DNA of 64,000 bases from a virus. Of this stretch, positions 61,901-64,000 are shown one piece after another. Every line of letters starts with the position of its first letter. Positions within the stretch are counted from its first letter, which is position 1. The translations under genes and the position numbers were made by a program. Below the pieces are notes generated by a model. That model ran no database searches, was not told the origin of the DNA, and was given only the letters and a program-made list of their open reading frames with translations. Location: the IMG/VR virus record IMGVR_UViG_3300042197_002762, positions 1 to 64,000 of that record; one strand, 5' to 3'.

Positions 61901-63007
61901 ATGGCAAGAAATAGAACAATTTACCAAGTATTAGCTCTTTATGCAAGTCAAGTTACAGCCGTAACAGGAATGCAAACAGGAGTAAATGATGTCAAACAGC
62001 TCTCTCGTGTTCAAAATTTTGATGAAGATTTTACACGTAACTTCACGGACGTTAACCAATTCGGTAACTTAGCCGCTATTGACCGTATCGAAACTGAAAA
62101 TCCAGATGTTACAGCCAGTTTTTCTTATTATGTTACAAATGGTCAAAATGAAAAATTCTTAGGTTTAAATGTTTATCCAAGTGGTACAGCTGAAGCCAAT
62201 TTACGTTCTTGTATTTCCGGATTGCTTACAAAAGCGACTGATGAAAAAAATTACTACCTCTTAATTGCTGACGAAGGTAATGATGCTGCTGGATATGCTG
62301 GGGCAACTACTGGCGTCATTGGAGTTGGAAATGGATTCTTAACATCTTATAGCGTAAACGCTGCTGTGGGTGAAATTGCAACCGCAGAAATTGAGGTTGA
62401 AGGTTTGAATATTCGTGTGTACGGAAACGCAACTGGAACCCCAGTAATCCCAGCTGTTAACCCAGTTGATGGATCAAATGTTACTGGTAGTTTCTTTAAG
62501 CTTCCACAAGCTACAGCTATTACAGGTGCTGGAATTCCAACGGCCTTACAACCTGGAGATATCGTATTCAATCTTCCAGCCGATAGCACAATTGGTTTTA
62601 CAGAAACAGACTTGAAAGTTCAAGATTTTACTCTTTCTTTCGATCTTGCCCGTACTCCTTTACAAAAACTTGGTAACCGTTTTGCGTTCTCTCGTGAAAT
62701 TGATTTTCCAGTTACAGCTACGTTAGAAGTTAATGCTGAAGTCGGTGATCTTAAAGATGGCAACTTATCTGATATCCTTTGTAGCGAAACTCTTAAAAAC
62801 TTCTCGATCTTGATGAAAGAGCCTGGTTGTGGAGCAACAAAGCCCACAGCAATTGCATATGTTTTTAAAGGCGCAAAACTAGTTTCACAAAGCTTCTCAA
62901 GTGCTATCGGTGATAATGCTACAATGACAGCCACCTATGAAGTTCAATTATCTGGCCCACAAGACACAGAAAAAGGTATCTTCATTTCTGGTAGTATTTT
63001 ATCATAA
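61901..63007 (+). CDS. major tail (tube) protein
   Basis: LSRVQNF...NQFG, L.KLGNRFAFSREIDFPV, SFSSAIGDNA; followed by a terminator. Confidence 0.7.
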   Translation: MARNRTIYQVLALYASQVTAVTGMQTGVNDVKQLSRVQNFDEDFTRNFTDVNQFGNLAAIDRIETENPDVTASFSYYVTNGQNEKFLGLNVYPSGTAEANLRSCISGLLTKATDEKNYYLLIADEGNDAAGYAGATTGVIGVGNGFLTSYSVNAAVGEIATAEIEVEGLNIRVYGNATGTPVIPAVNPVDGSNVTGSFFKLPQATAITGAGIPTALQPGDIVFNLPADSTIGFTETDLKVQDFTLSFDLARTPLQKLGNRFAFSREIDFPVTATLEVNAEVGDLKDGNLSDILCSETLKNFSILMKEPGCGATKPTAIAYVFKGAKLVSQSFSSAIGDNATMTATYEVQLSGPQDTEKGIFISGSILS

Positions 63008-63030
63008 GTTAAATTATTCATAAAAAAATT

Positions 63031-63060
63031 AATGGGCACTTTCGGGTGCCCATTTTTTTT
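63031..63060 (+). terminator. intrinsic terminator after the tail tube gene
   Basis: AATGGGCACT-TTCG-GGTGCCCATT followed by a T-run. Confidence 0.9.
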
Positions 63061-63099
63061 GTTTGGTGTAATTGTTTGTAGGTAAAAGGTTTGTAAAGG

Positions 63100-63324
63100 A
63101 TGAATATTGATTTAAATGATCTAGTTAAAGGTTTCGTCTATAGAGACGTTAAAAAATTATATTTAAGTTTTTTATATTCTTTAGAAGATCTTAAAAGCCA
63201 AGATAAAATCAGTGATGATGAATTCCAGAGAATGCGTAAACGTGTTCTTGATTATGGAAATAATTGTTACAGAAATATAGAAGAAGAATTAGATAATTTT
63301 GATTTTAAACTAAAAGAAAAATAA
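63100..63324 (+). CDS. hypothetical protein
   Basis: 74 aa. Confidence 0.65.
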   Translation: MNIDLNDLVKGFVYRDVKKLYLSFLYSLEDLKSQDKISDDEFQRMRKRVLDYGNNCYRNIEEELDNFDFKLKEK

Positions 63325-63333
63325 TATAAATAT

Positions 63334-64000
63334 ATGAATAAATGGTTATACGAATTTGATGCAAAGAATATTATAAAAAAAGATGATGGTTCACAAGAAA
63401 CTATTATTAAGAAGTTTGCATTATTAAAACCAAATCGTCGTCTGCGCGAAGATGGCGAACTTTTTTACGCCGCTGAAACATCGCGTTTTGCCAAAGCTGG
63501 CGTTTTACCAAAAGCTGCATGGGGAACAATTCTTTCAAACGGTGGTGGTAGTATTAGTGATCAGGAACGTGAAGAATATGGTAAGTTACTTTTGAAATTC
63601 CGTGATTTATCTTTTGAATTACAAACTATTTTAATTAAAGGTGAAGGTGAAAGAACTGAAGCCGAAAAACTTCGTTCAGAAGAATTAATTAATAATCTCG
63701 AAGATATACGTAAAGATATTCAAAATTTTGAAGCTTCACAAATTTCTATTTTTGAAAATACGGCTGAAGCAAAAGCTCGTAATCGTACAATTCTTTGGTG
63801 GGTTATGAATCTTTCTTACGAAAAAGACGGGGAAAATTATAAACCAATTTTTAAAGGAGAAAACTTCGAAGAAAAACTTCTTGAATATGATGGTTTCGAA
63901 GAAGATGAAAATAAATACGAATTTTTATTATCAGTAATTAGAAGAGTAATGTATTTAACTACACTTTGGTTTTTAGGGCGTGTAGATTCCGCAGACGATT
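63334..64000 (+). CDS. putative tail assembly chaperone (3'-truncated by the window)
   Basis: Open from ATG 63334 (MNKWLYEFDAKNIIKK...) to the window end; follows the tail tube gene. Confidence 0.55.
   Translation, partial: MNKWLYEFDAKNIIKKDDGSQETIIKKFALLKPNRRLREDGELFYAAETSRFAKAGVLPKAAWGTILSNGGGSISDQEREEYGKLLLKFRDLSFELQTILIKGEGERTEAEKLRSEELINNLEDIRKDIQNFEASQISIFENTAEAKARNRTILWWVMNLSYEKDGENYKPIFKGENFEEKLLEYDGFEEDENKYEFLLSVIRRVMYLTTLWFLGRVDSADD

Larger units (their letters stand above)
37508..63072 (+). promoter_or_regulatory. recurrent GTGTAA(A/T) motif shortly upstream of late genes (putative phage-sigma promoter)
   Basis: At 37508, 38260, 39433, 40717, 42714, 47825, 55181, 59129, 63066, with the variant GTGTAC at 53064; also on the - strand at ~42657-42665. 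Confidence 0.7.

Overview
The window is a 64-kb segment of a large tailed dsDNA phage genome (Caudoviricetes) that uses the standard bacterial code. A spanin-like lysis cassette suggests a Gram-negative host, but the host cannot be identified from sequence alone. It has four blocks. (1) 1-16.6 kb, mostly + strand: small early ORFs, a glycosyl/methyltransferase island, an RNA ligase plus HAD phosphatase, a RuvB-like ATPase, a SET-domain protein, UvsE and two tRNAs. (2) 16.6-33.2 kb, almost all - strand and visibly GC-richer: seven more tRNAs, an HNH endonuclease, rIIA/rIIB, DUF932, an HhH glycosylase, a WYL protein, a Gp88-like protein and about 25 micro-ORFs, many of them leaderless. This block is punctuated by 12 copies of an invariant-length 77-bp element (27-bp palindrome, 23-bp GC core, 27-bp palindrome). 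Five copies have a sigma54-like TTGGCACG box exactly 26 bp upstream. The block also has about two dozen TATGACA heptamers and a ~770-nt non-coding, pseudoknot-rich locus between the WYL gene and tRNA-Cys. (3) 33.2-33.7 kb: an AT-rich three-fold repeated junction (candidate origin or terminus). (4) 33.9-64 kb: glycosyltransferases, Hsp20, PhoH, GH5, LRR/fibre proteins, a phage sigma factor, an ERCC4 nuclease, terminase, portal, lysis genes, head and tail genes, many preceded by a GTGTAA late-promoter motif. The best candidates for an undescribed system are the 77-bp element array with its regulatory cassette and the WYL-linked structured RNA locus. All family calls come from motifs read by eye; no database searches were run.
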